Origin: Bigelowiella natans CCMP2755
Lineage: Eukaryota > Protista > Cercozoa
DNA: 64,000 nucleotides
Reading direction: 5' to 3'
NCBI GenBank assembly: GCA_000320545.1
Contig: ADNK01003276.1
Coordinates: 62,001 to 126,000, forward strand
Below the pieces are notes generated by a model. That model did no database searches, was not told where the DNA came from, and saw nothing but the letters and a program-made list of their open reading frames with translations. Numbering within the stretch: the stretch's first letter is position 1; each line of letters begins with the position of its first letter. The translations under genes and the position numbers were made by a program. This document shows positions 13,793 through 25,537 of the stretch, one piece after another.

Positions 13793-14582
13793 TAGTTGTT
13801 GTGGTTCTCATCATCATCATCATCATCATCATCATCGTATTGGTAGTAGCACTTCGCCATCTGTCGTTGGAATACGTTCGTGAGTATGATGCAAATATAC
13901 ATCATATAATAGCACACACATACGTACTAACAAACACACTTTGAATCGGCGTCACCCTTACTCCTCCTCCCCTCCCCCTCCTCCTCTTTCTCCCCTGAGC
14001 AGTCTTGGAGGCGGGGTATCCCTATTAATGGCCCTTCTTCTTGAAGCTCGTCGAGGCAAGAACATCGCTGGAGTGCCTCTCATTCCCCGCCATATTGTGA
14101 TAAACACCTATGCTTTCGGAGCTCCTCCTGTGATATCATACTCTCCACCATCGTTATCATCATCACCATCATCATCATCATCTTCTTCTTCAAGTGTTAA
14201 ACACCCCGAGCGGTTTAAGCATGTTCTACGTGATATGCATTCTTTCATACACCGAGACGATATAGTGCCGCGGTTAAGTCTATTCGTCGTAAAGAGACTT
14301 CTCGCAAAGATCCGAGCTGTAGATGCTTTAAATGCTACGCTCTTGCAACGCCTTAATGCCATTACAACACTCAAAGTAGAAGGGGGGGGAGGGGTGCAGG
14401 GAGAGAGAGCAATGAGAGGTAAACAGAATCACTTACTCTCTATGGTGAGAAGGATAATGGAAGAAGAAGATACCTTGGGGGAGGAGGAGGAAGATAACAA
14501 TATTCAATGCGAAAAACACAGCGGTGGTACAGAAGGCGACGAAAACATCAGTCCTAGCGAGGACAAGGTGGTGGATTGGATC

Positions 14583-14613
<31 letters not shown>

Positions 14614-15834
14614 GGAGGAGGAGGGAGACCACCTCTGCTGACCATGATCAGCATGAGCACCTAGAAACAGACGAAACTACTGAAGGAACATTCCTTCCTT
14701 TGTCTCCTAGCCATCATCTTCCAAGAATAAAGAACACCAAGAAGATGGAAAAAAGGCAAGATATTACCACACCCCAAGGAAGCGCAGCGACCAACATCCA
14801 CAGCAGCATCAACGCCGCAACTTCTGCAAAACACACGTTGGCTTCTTCATCATCGCCCCCCTCCTTTTCAATACTTTCTCCCCATGATTTGAAGGTACGC
14901 AAGTGGTGGACCCTGCATCAAAATCAGAATATTAAAGGAAAGGGTTGGGGGTGTAATAATGCCAACGAAGTCATGATAATTATGATGATAATAATTATGA
15001 TGAAGATGATGATGATGATGATGACGATGATGATGAGATATAGGGCTTTTAATAGAATCGCTTTTCGCTCATTTTGTGACGTTATCATCCCATTCCCCTC
15101 CGTTTTGTGGGATAACACGAGAATGGTGGTACTACTACAACTACTACTACTACTACTTCTACTTCTACTACTACTACTACTACCAAAAGAACATCAATCA
15201 GGATGTTCAACACATACTTTACTTGTTGCTATGATTAGATTCCAGGGAGAATATACCTCGTCTCGTCGCCAAATCCTCCCCAACTACCAAAGATGATGCG
15301 TGGCCTTTTTCCTCATGGGTTTTCTTCTATGCGTCACAACCGTTGTTGGCGCTCTCGTAGTCGCAGTTCTTCCAATGCTATTTTCCACCTGAACGAGATA
15401 GAACAAGGCCTAAAGAAAGAGCGGCACAACATCACCAACAGTATTGATACTTTCGATAGAGACAATCAAGGTCAGTACAGGGCTAATCCCAGCAGATATC
15501 ATATCAGCAGCAACATCAATAATTCTACTGGAAGGAGTTCTACAGCACAGGAGGAGGATACTAACAAGTGGAGGCCAACAACCAGCCTGATGATGATGAT
15601 GATGACGACGGTGTCTGAGGGTGTGAAACAACTAACGAGAAGGATAAAGCAGCATTACTCACTTTGGAGTGGAAAGAAGACCACGCATTCGTGTGCGAAA
15701 CAAACGATTATGGAAGAAAATCTTCATAACGAATTACGACGACGGCAGCGAATCACAAGACAACAGCAGCAGCAGCAGCAGCGCCAGCAGCATGTACGCA
15801 TGGTAATTAGTCTAAAGTCAACAAGAATCAGTAT

Positions 15835-15870
<36 letters not shown>

Positions 15871-16318
15871 GTATGTATGTGTATATGTATGTGCATGTGT
15901 GTGTGTGTTTGTGTGTACAAAAAACAGTATATTTGGATCGTTCCTCTACCCCTAGCTGCCCCCCCCCCCCCATTCTTCCCTTCTTGCTCCTCCTCCTCCT
16001 TCTACTCCTTATATTGCGACTTATGCGTCGTTATAGGCCACCTCTTTGGATGTGAGGAAGCTTGGGATTTTTCCTCATGCTATACTAGATCACATGCCAC
16101 TGGTGCTACTACTAGATGCATTTTCCAAAACACTCACACAAAATACGACTTACTAACTGGGGAAGAAAGTATCGATGGTAGTGGTAGTGGTAGAGGATAA
16201 GGATTAATATCGTATCTATCGCTTCAAACACTTCTGATAGTAATAATCTTTTCCCTGATTTTTGTACTCACAGGCGTATGAGAAAGCTTTATCACAAAGC
16301 TTGCAACAACAGCACTAG
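9718..16318 (+). CDS. Class 3 lipase, diacylglycerol-lipase-like, multi-exon; 5' end uncertain
   Basis: ARFANCAYG (~11705-11731), VALDNH, VVVAVRGTASVSDAVVD (13020-13070), AHSGI, nucleophile GHS|LGGG split by an intron (~13721-14015), YAFGAPP, IHRDDIVPRLS, and C-terminal catalytic-His motif DHMP (~16088) spliced to AYEKALSQSLQQQH* (TAG 16316-16318). Confidence 0.88.
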
Positions 16319-16319
16319 C

Positions 16320-17160
16320 ATGTTAATTTTGGAGGCCTGAAGCTCGATTATTTGATGTTACGCATGTGGGATGGGGGGGATCTAAAGTATGATTCTGAAG
16401 CTGATGGCAGCTCCTCTCAATGACGGAGTTCCCACTTTTTAGACTAGCATGTAGAAGGTACGTATCGTATGATTAAACGATTGCGGATGGATAAGCGCGG
16501 TTTAAAGCACACAGCGTGCGAAAGGTTTTTCCAATAATGAACCCGAAGGCACGAAGCCATCCACAACTAGATGATTACATGCGATACTAGGATAATCTAT
16601 TTTGGCGTCAAGATGCAAACCCTGCGCGTACTAGCGTAGTCGATGTTCGCTTGCAGCATGAGATGTGGCAGTAGTCACGTCTAGTCTAGAATATATGTCC
16701 AGTTCCAAGGAGCAGGACATCGATATGCATTACGTGGACTGCAGCGAAGCTTTACAAAATTGTCTCTGAATCAAACCAAGCAGTGGCTTTTTGCACTGAT
16801 GCATGCATGCTCACATACATGCCTAGATGTATGCACGCATGCGCTCTACTGCGGTGTAGTAGCGCTATGGATGGCCTACAACATGCTAGCATGCGGCTAG
16901 ATAAACATCGAGCATGTCATCATCGTCACAAAACTACAGTACAATAACATGTTAAAAAAGATTAAATTCATATTAATGAGCCTGCAGCGCTAGAGCGTTT
17001 GCTCTATGACTACAACGTTTTTGAAGCAAAGTGTACTTGTATTTGTAATGATACATAAATATTGTGTGCGATAATTCATTAATCAATAATTTTCTATGTA
17101 TTTGTATACACATATACATGTACATGTATATGTAGTTATGCTGAAAATGCATGCATTACG
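16320..17160. other. CTAG/GCATGC-rich island between convergent 3' ends (milder TpA loss)
   Basis: ctagtctaga, gcatgcatgc and catgctagcatgcggctag clusters between two stop codons. Confidence 0.6.
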
Positions 17161-17179
17161 CGTAAAGGCTTTTTCTCAT

Positions 17180-18653
17180 CTAGTGAGGCTCCGGGATAGA
17201 AAGACGTATGTTCACGTTGTTTTCACTATCACTGGTGATGATTAATGGGTTGTTAGTATGGTTTTTACAGTAGTTTGAAGAATGTTTATTCAATGGCGGA
17301 GATGTCTTCTCAGCCCGGCTTATCACCTTGACATCTTCAATTGCGAGTTTCTCGAATGATGTTGAAGCATTTTCTGTGATAGCACTACGAGCTTTCCCTT
17401 CGTCGCCTTCAGGGCACTTGAGAACAAGGAGGAGGAAACACAAGCAACTACTATTATCAATGAAACATCTGTTTAGAACTTGGCATTCTCAGATGCTCAA
17501 CAAACACACGCGTAACACAATGTTTGTATGTGTGCGTGCTTCAAGTTTCCATTTTCTTCCTAGATGGATGTTTGACATATTAGCGTTATTCATTACAGGC
17601 TGTAGCCCCGTAGCAGCACATACACTTATGTTGGATCTCATACGAGATTGAAGAGCCTACACATATGCACCAATATAAAAAGTTATCTTTCAGATAATCT
17701 TCTTCAACTTGCAGCATGTAGTGGTAGTAGTACCTCTAGACGACTTCCACTCACTCTCCAGCTTCGAGTTTGAGCATGGTGCGATTTGGAAATTCTCGTG
17801 TATTTTACGCAGAAGCCCATGGCATTGTTGATCACTATGTAGTTATCTTCAGGTCTCCATTTGACGATATAAGATCCATGCCTGATAAGCATTTACTTTT
17901 TATTCAGATTAGTCGTGACAGTTGGAACAACCACCGAAGATTACTGATAATAGGGGGGGGGGGGGGGGGGGGGGGTTTTCTCCATAAAGCCACGGTATAT
18001 TTACGTATTCTGCTATCATAAGTTGTTAGCAAATGGTTGGTACTTATCGACGAATAAAGTGCCATCCTTAGCTCTCATGAAGGTAATTATTTCTGGAACG
18101 CCTCGCAATCCACTTGTTGAGTTACAACACGTAAGGGTCTTTCCGCTAATGGACACCCTATCAAACTTCATTTTCTAAACAAAAGATGCCACGCAAGGAA
18201 TACAGCCAACAAAGTATATGATGATGAGATACATAACATAAGACTTGATCTGCTGTTTAGGTTAGATTTGTTGTACAATTTTTTGTTTCGACAAGGGTTC
18301 CGGAGCTTCTATGAGGCTCATCCGCCAATTTCCTTGCATCTGTCTCAGTTTGATCTGTGATTCTTGCTTTGGGATCTATTCGATGTAGTTTTCAATGTTG
18401 TCAAGCTACAATTGATATCCATAAGAGATGAAAGAACAGCTCTCCGGCCAAGTATTGGGGGAGAAAGGAGCGTAAATGAGTAGTTATGCGCAGTAACTGT
18501 TTCAAGTATAAGGGGCATTTTTCTGAGTTAAAGTAAAATTTGCGCCATTCTCAAAACCACCACCTTCCGTGCATTCGTCGGAATGCCTCTCAAGCCTTGT
18601 TTCTTGTTTTCGATGTTGGCACACCCAAGGCTGCAGCACATGCACACGCCCAT
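17180..18653 (-). CDS. Hypothetical multi-exon protein with an MGVCMCC N-terminus (possible myristoylation/palmitoylation) and a beta-rich domain
   Basis: Phase-compatible GT-AG exons: MGVCMCCSLGC...ARK | IPKQESQIKLRQMQGNWRMS... | KMKFDRVSISGKTLTCC...GTLFVDK | HGSYIVKWRPEDNYIVINN..., with the last exon ending at 17180. No family recognised. Confidence 0.55.
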
Positions 18654-18975
18654 ATCACCTAGGAGGGGCAACAAGTCAATCCCGACTGTTTCGCATCCCG
18701 ATCATTACGACGAAATACATTCTTGTAATTGTCCTCACCTGCAGCAGGGAGGGGAGGGGAAAGAAAGACCCACTTGCAGACAGCTGTTCAAAAGGTAGCC
18801 ATCGTAGTAAATCTTACTACAGTACTACTACTGAGGCGATAGTAGTATGACGATTTTACCTAAACCAATCCATGTTCGATGGATACCCGACAACATCCTT
18901 TAATATTTTGCCTAAATAAATACATGCGACAATACTAACAACAACGACGACAGCACACCACGTGCTCCATTCCAC

Positions 18976-18987
18976 TTTGGCGCCAAA
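18976..18987. promoter_or_regulatory. Palindromic E2F-type site TTTGGCGCCAAA in the divergent promoter upstream of ECO1
   Basis: Matches the E2F consensus TTTSSCGC on both strands, about 590 bp upstream of the probable ECO1 ATG. Confidence 0.5.
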
Positions 18988-19107
18988 ATTTACCCGGAAG
19001 TCGGGGGGGGACAGAACAGAACCAAAACAACCAAGGGGGGAGGAAAATGATCACGGTGTGACATGTATGGCAGTGCTACATAGTTACGGTGGAGGTGGGG
19101 GGGAGTG

Positions 19108-19141
<34 letters not shown>

Positions 19142-19575
19142 AAGGTGTAGTGACGATTTCTGTCTACTGTGAGTGCGACACATCAACCCATTTATCTTGT
19201 TTTAGTGTATAGACGTCGTCTTGTGCCGCTTGTGCCGAACGAATATACAAATACTCTCGGAGTAGTGCATTCTACTGACTTTATGTGTCGTGTCCTCCTC
19301 CCCGCCGCACCCCCTTTGTGTTTCCCATCATCGTCGTTGTCTTTGCCTTTGCCTGTGCTGCTGTTATTGGGCGTCGTTGTGCATGTCCATCTCAGGCAAT
19401 TTTCAATAAGTGACCCAATCGATAGCTTTCGCTGATTTGCAAAGCTTTGCTCGCTGGCCAGGTAGTAGTGAGTAGGTTAGTGGTGGTAGGAGAGTCCTAG
19501 TAGTGTTAGCTTGTGGGTGGTAACACTTGCTGTTTCTGTTTTCTTTAGAGTCTCGATTATATAGCTCACCCGACG

Positions 19576-19683
19576 ATGATGGAGGATTCCCAAGTGCGGG
19601 AAGCAGCCAAAGGGGGGGGGGGAAGAGTGGAAGGCCCTCTTCTAGTTGAGCATAGGTGGTTAAGTACCCACACCTGTGTGTTG

Positions 19684-19730
<47 letters not shown>

Positions 19731-21280
19731 CATGGATATAAACTATATAATTCCAAGTTTTGCTTTTATATATATGTATATATTTGCTTGTGTTTGTGCG
19801 TCAGGGTGGGCTTATGCGCGCGCACGCGTGTGTGGATATGTGGATGTGTGGATGTGTGCGACTTATAAAATTGACAGTACAAACGTAATAATAACAGCAA
19901 ACCGAGGACGTATGCAAGCCGTAAGCGCAAGGCAAAGCAGCGGGCTAAACCCAAAAACTTTCTTTCGTCCAAAGATCAGCTGGTGAGGAAGATGATGTCG
20001 ATCGCATTGTTCTTATCTCATCATATCTATAATCGCCTATTCATTGAGGAAAAACATTTATTCCTACTTCCAAGGCTTCAATCGGAATAATCGCTGAGAA
20101 GAGGGCACCAACAGACAAAGAAAAATGCAGGATGACCGCAAGTAGCATTGGGGGAAAGATCAAACGCGGTAATATCATCATCATCATAAATCGTACAAGC
20201 TCATCATCTTCTGTGCCTTGGTTTTCTGATGGCCATGATGATGCATTTGGGGGGGGGAGGAGAGAGTGGGAAATGGTGGTTGCGGTGGTCCTTTGCAGCA
20301 TCTTGTTCTTCGCAAAAATTATCTTCCTGCATCCATATGGAATGATGGTGATGGTGATGATGATGATGATTATGATGAGGATGATGATGATGTGCTATTG
20401 ACACATTATCTACACGTGCTATTACTACTGTAGTTGTTATCCTCCTTATTTCCTACTACAACTTACTATTATCGCAACAACTCCAACAACACTTATTAGA
20501 TCTCAGCTCTGTCCTAATGGCTGGTGCTAGACGCCAGGCAAGCAAAAACAAGGCCCTCACGACAAACGAAATCAAGAAGAAGAAGACGAAGAAGTTGAAG
20601 CATGCATCTTTCTCAGCTCCTGTTGTATCATCATCATCATCATCATCAAATCGCCGTACAACGAAACAGCTCACACAAACGGTGCTGCCACTGCTTTGTA
20701 CTATTTTCCCACCCTTTTTCCTCTCCCCCCCCCCCCCCCCCCCTTCCATTTGTTTCTTATGCTAGATGATGATGAAGAAGAAGAAGATGATGATGATAAC
20801 GCTGCTTAAGAAATAATACATGATCATAGTAGCGCCCAGAATGATGTTGTTCTTTTCTGCTGTTGATATTTGCTTTTCTCCTTCCTATTCATCTTCCTCT
20901 CCTCATCTTCATCTTCTCCTACTCCTTCTACTTCCCCTGTGTCAATGAATCATCATCATTAAAGATCCTTGATGCTGGACAAAGGGAGATTGCATCGAGG
21001 ACATGCCCGAAGTAAGTTACTCAAAGCAGCGTCTGTTGTTGGTGCTTTTGGTCATCATCTTCAATGCAGTTTAATAATGAGCGAAGAATGCTACTTTTTG
21101 TGTACGATGACCACTTCACAATGATGAAATATGCAGGTTGGCAGTCTTAATCGCTGTCGGTGCTGCAATGCTATTTGTATGTGCAATTCAATGACGCGAC
21201 TTGTTTTGATCCGAAGGTGTGGGATGTTGTATAATATTGGCCAAGAAGATGATGAAGCTGCACACAAGGTAACAATGGTG

Positions 21281-21328
<48 letters not shown>

Positions 21329-21785
21329 GCTTATATCCCATGGCGGTGGTAGAAAATAACGAAGCTTACTTCTTTCCACAGAATCAGCAGCACATAGAAA
21401 ATAGATGATGATGCTCTATTCAAATACATCACGAAACATCCTTTTTTTCCCCCCCCCCCCCCCCCCCCCCTCTTATTATTTTTCTTCTCATCCTTCGTTC
21501 TTATCTTATCGCACGTTATAAAAAAGAGAATGGGGTCTTCCTTGTCACCTCCCATGCTTACACTGTTTTGTGTTATCTTCATTCAATCTTGCAGCTTTTC
21601 CATGCACGCTATTCCTCTGGCATTCAGTTTAACGTATGGTGAAAGAAAGAAGAAGATGACGATGATGAAGATGATGAAGATGATGATGATGATGATGATA
21701 ATGATGACGATGGCACAAATCCTTTGCTACTGTTGTTACTACCACTGCTGCTGCAGACGTACGCTACTTGCCCATCCATATTACA

Positions 21786-21817
<32 letters not shown>

Positions 21818-23299
21818 TATTTATGAATTGAATAATGAACATCACAAAGGAGTTGTTTGATTTACATTATGTGCGCTGCTTGTTGCTGCAATTGTGCATA
21901 ATAATAATACAGGGATGGAAGGATGAAAACCTTGTCGAGACGATAGTGCTGCCCTCATCATCATCATCGTCGTCATTATCATCATCAATCTCTTCATCAT
22001 CTGCCATGGGTGCTGCTGCTACCACCAGCGTTGCCAGGGTACGTTTGTTCTCCGTAAGCATGCAATGACAACTGCATTTGGTGGTGGTGGTGGTGATGAT
22101 GATGATGATGATGATGATGATATCTGTACTACACCTGCTTTTGTAATCCAGGTCATTACATTGAACCCTAGCCATACTGCCAAGCACCACAGGGATAAGG
22201 TACTACGACTGCAATGGTGATTGTGATCTTCTTCTTCTTCTTCTTCTTCTTCTTCTTCTGCTTCTTCTTCTTGAGTGCTTATTACGACAACGACGATAGA
22301 TACTTCGTACGTGCGACTCTCTGACTCACATCACTTTACTATAAAAGGCCTTAGAAACGCTTGAAATCATCAATAATGAGCTTGGCGGCGATAAAAAACG
22401 GGACATTCTGTACGAATCAATGAATCAACGAGCAGCATGCTTTAGTCTCATATAGTGACTCATCAATAGTTGTGATTGATTATCTTATATTAGCAGCAGT
22501 TGTGGTTGGAATCGTGTTTATCATCATGAGAATAATCTTGAGAGGATCATTACTCTGTCCTCATACTGTATATGACACTTGTTTCCCTTCCTCCTCTCCC
22601 CGTTCTTAATTCCCCCTCTGGACTATTTGACCATCCAGACAGCTAAAAGGGGGTGGGGGCACTAGTGCTACGCTATACGTGTATGTTAGCAAGAAAAGAA
22701 TCATCGGCGCTCTTATTGCAAAAAGGTCATTGATGGCGATGGTGGTGGTGATGATGATGATGATAGTAAGAGAAGAAGTGATTGTAGTATTCTGCAAGAT
22801 GAGCGCGGATGGAAAGGCTAGATTAGTTTATTAAATAAGTTTATTATTAGTTATTCGTCTTATTCTATTCGTAATATGTGAAGCTTCCTTCTTCTTCTGC
22901 TTCTTCTTCTTCTTCTTCTTCTTCTTCTTCTTCTTCTTCTTCTTCTTGATGCGACGTCATTGTATTCGGCAGAATCAAGACTGGGTATCCCATACGCTAC
23001 TCTAACGATGACGATGATGAGAAGGAGAATGAGAGATATATGTCTGCTACAAACAACAACCAATATGACGAAGAACACTCTTCAAAGAATCAAGAAGAAG
23101 AGGGAGCAGAAGAAAAAGAAGAAGAAGAAGAACAGAATCAAGCCTCACGACAAAAGAAAGAAGCAAAACAAGGAGACAACGACGGCAGTAGTGCAAACAA
23201 CCACCAGCACCAGGAGAAGGAGCAGCAGCAACCGCGTAAATCGAGCGTCTTGAAGGAGCTGCAACACGGACGTATATCAACGCCACAGACGTCACCAAT

Positions 23300-23333
<34 letters not shown>

Positions 23334-23906
23334 CAGAGCCATCCAAAGAAGGCCACGAGCAGCGTAAAACCGAGACTGCGACAAGTGCGACGACGACTTA
23401 GATCATCGAGTTCTGAGCCCCTTCCTTCCTCGGTTCCTAATCATCGTCATACCACCACAAACAACAGAATGGCGGGGATGATAATGGCAGCGGGAGAAGC
23501 AGCAGTGGAAACAGCAGCCCAGCAACAAGAACAACCAACATCTTCTCTTGAAAAGGGGGGCCGGAAAAGACCGCTCATTCGTAGTAGTAGTAGCACTAGT
23601 AGCGGAGCAAATAGCCTGGTTATTGACTCGCAATGCCCCCATGATGCCTGGCTCGGGGTGGATAAGATATGGTAGGAATGGCCTTAGGAGAAGAAGAAGA
23701 TGATGATGATGATGATGAACATGGCAAATCAAACAGAATAACGAATCAATTAACATTCAAAACCAAGAAGAGGCATATAGTGACGATCCATCAGAGTTTA
23801 TATCCTACTCGCCATAGCCTTTCTAACACCCTGCCTCTACAACCATCATTAGGGTCCACAAAGTGCATCGAAGAAAGGTAACCGATTGTTATTCTTCCTA
23901 GCTGCA

Positions 23907-23954
<48 letters not shown>

Positions 23955-24784
23955 CACATGATTACCAATCATGAGCATCGATCTACTTATACTTATCATT
24001 GCACGTGAGAGCACACCGAAGATGGAATAGCCAACACGAGTGTACACGATAACGTTGATGATGGTACGACTACGCCCACCTCCTTCCCCCTCCTAGGGCA
24101 TTGCATCAAGCCTCATTGAAGTCGCTAGAAGAAACTTCATATATGGATTAAGGTCTATCTGCGCGATCCACTACGCGGTGTTTGAGAGCGGCAATTTTGA
24201 TGTCATCATGACCGAATTAGCAGGAGCAGCACCCCTCCCGCCGCAAAGTCGCCATTTATTGCATGATACCGATAACGTTGGATGTTGCATTTAGCCGGGT
24301 GCACATGAGAGGGGGAGGGGGGGGGGGGGGGATAGTTCCGAAATCCATCACCATCAATACAAATAGTGACCAAATAGCATATGTTCCTGCTGTAAGTCCA
24401 AAGCAGCAATTATATTAGTGATATTGACCTACGCTATGCTGCCCCTCACCCGTGTTTGTATTGCTGATGACGGCATCTTTCCTTTCAGGGTGCCTAAGGA
24501 TAAAGTGGCTTTCTCACAACCAACAGCGTTGGGGACGGTAGTCAGGGGGGGTATGGGATGTACGGAAGAGGATGTGATGATTGTACAGTACTGCTGCTGT
24601 TTATATTAGCTTTCTTCTGGAGAATATACCGCAGAAAAGATTCCTTATGAAATTGCTACTGAAATTACGTTATTGTTCTGTGTGATTTCATGAGCCATCG
24701 TTTATGGTATACATCATTGCTATTGCACAGCTTTTTGCTAAGAACTACTCCAAGAAAGAAGACTTTCTAGTTTATCGCCAATGA
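19576..24784 (+). CDS. ECO1: Establishment-of-cohesion N-acetyltransferase ECO1/CTF7/ESCO, multi-exon
   Basis: ILDAGQREIASRTCPK|CGMLYNIGQEDDEAAHK zinc finger (20964-21268), GWKDEN, IINNELG, YVYVSKKRIIGALIA, AWLGVDKIW|VHKVHRRK|GIASSLIEVARRNFIYG, VAFSQPT, and LFAKNY...FLVYRQ* (TGA 24782-24784). Start approximate. Confidence 0.92.
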
Positions 24785-24789
24785 CTTGC

Positions 24790-25210
24790 GGTGCTGAAGA
24801 GCAAAGCACGCAAGCAAGTATTGCTGGAAGAGGTCCAGATCCGTCCGACGAAACTACACATTCATCATTATTTGCTAGTTTGCTGAAGTTGTGCTAGTAG
24901 CTCGCTTATTAGCTAGTCGATGCACGACATGAGAACCACTAGATGTAGAAATATAACATTCATGCTTACACTAGCGAGCTAGCTAGCTAGCACTGGTCTG
25001 CTCGTCTATGCTACGCGCTAGCTTGTGGCACTCTGTAGCAATACGCACATCATCATCGTGCACGAAAGCCATCTAGCTATATCTATATCTAGCGTAGCAG
25101 CACAGGACATAGCAGCATCGTATATCATCAATCCCAATCTAGCTCTAGAGAGCTTCATGCTAGCATGGACGTTCCTACGCGAGTCACTCGATAAAACATC
25201 ATGCATATGT
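24790..25210. other. CTAG-rich island between convergent 3' ends
   Basis: Dense ctag and (gcta)n, e.g. ctagcgagctagctagctagc at ~24971-24991. Confidence 0.7.
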
Positions 25211-25537
25211 CCCACATACATCCTTTGAGATAAATTCGTGTTTGATGGCTCAATTATGTACATTTCTGCTCGACAAGTAAATATTTGTATGACGCTATTC
25301 TACTGACACACGTTATTACGGCCGATTTTTGGTGATACAACTTAATTTGAAACGACGTCGACGCAATGTTGTCTGGAAAAAACTCCCCGCTTAAAGATAT
25401 CGGTCTCTTTACTTTCTTTCCTCCACCCATTCTCCATGCCCATGGCGGTTATACCTGCATACAATATGATGATACAATTCGAATGAGTTGGTTGAAGGAG
25501 TGGGCAAAATGATCTAATAGGTTTGCTGCGTGAAATG

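Noticed and set aside
417-16318. Lipid-metabolism gene cluster (MBOAT plus lipase)
   Set aside because: Only two genes, separated by an unrelated ORF and a repeat island. No evidence of co-regulation.
17704-17892. HSF DNA-binding domain resemblance (IVKW...IVINN..GF)
   Set aside because: Lacks the FxxKL and SFVRQLNxYGF hallmarks.
18994-19001. ETS binding site CCGGAAGT
   Set aside because: ETS factors are essentially animal-specific, and a single 8-mer is insufficient evidence.
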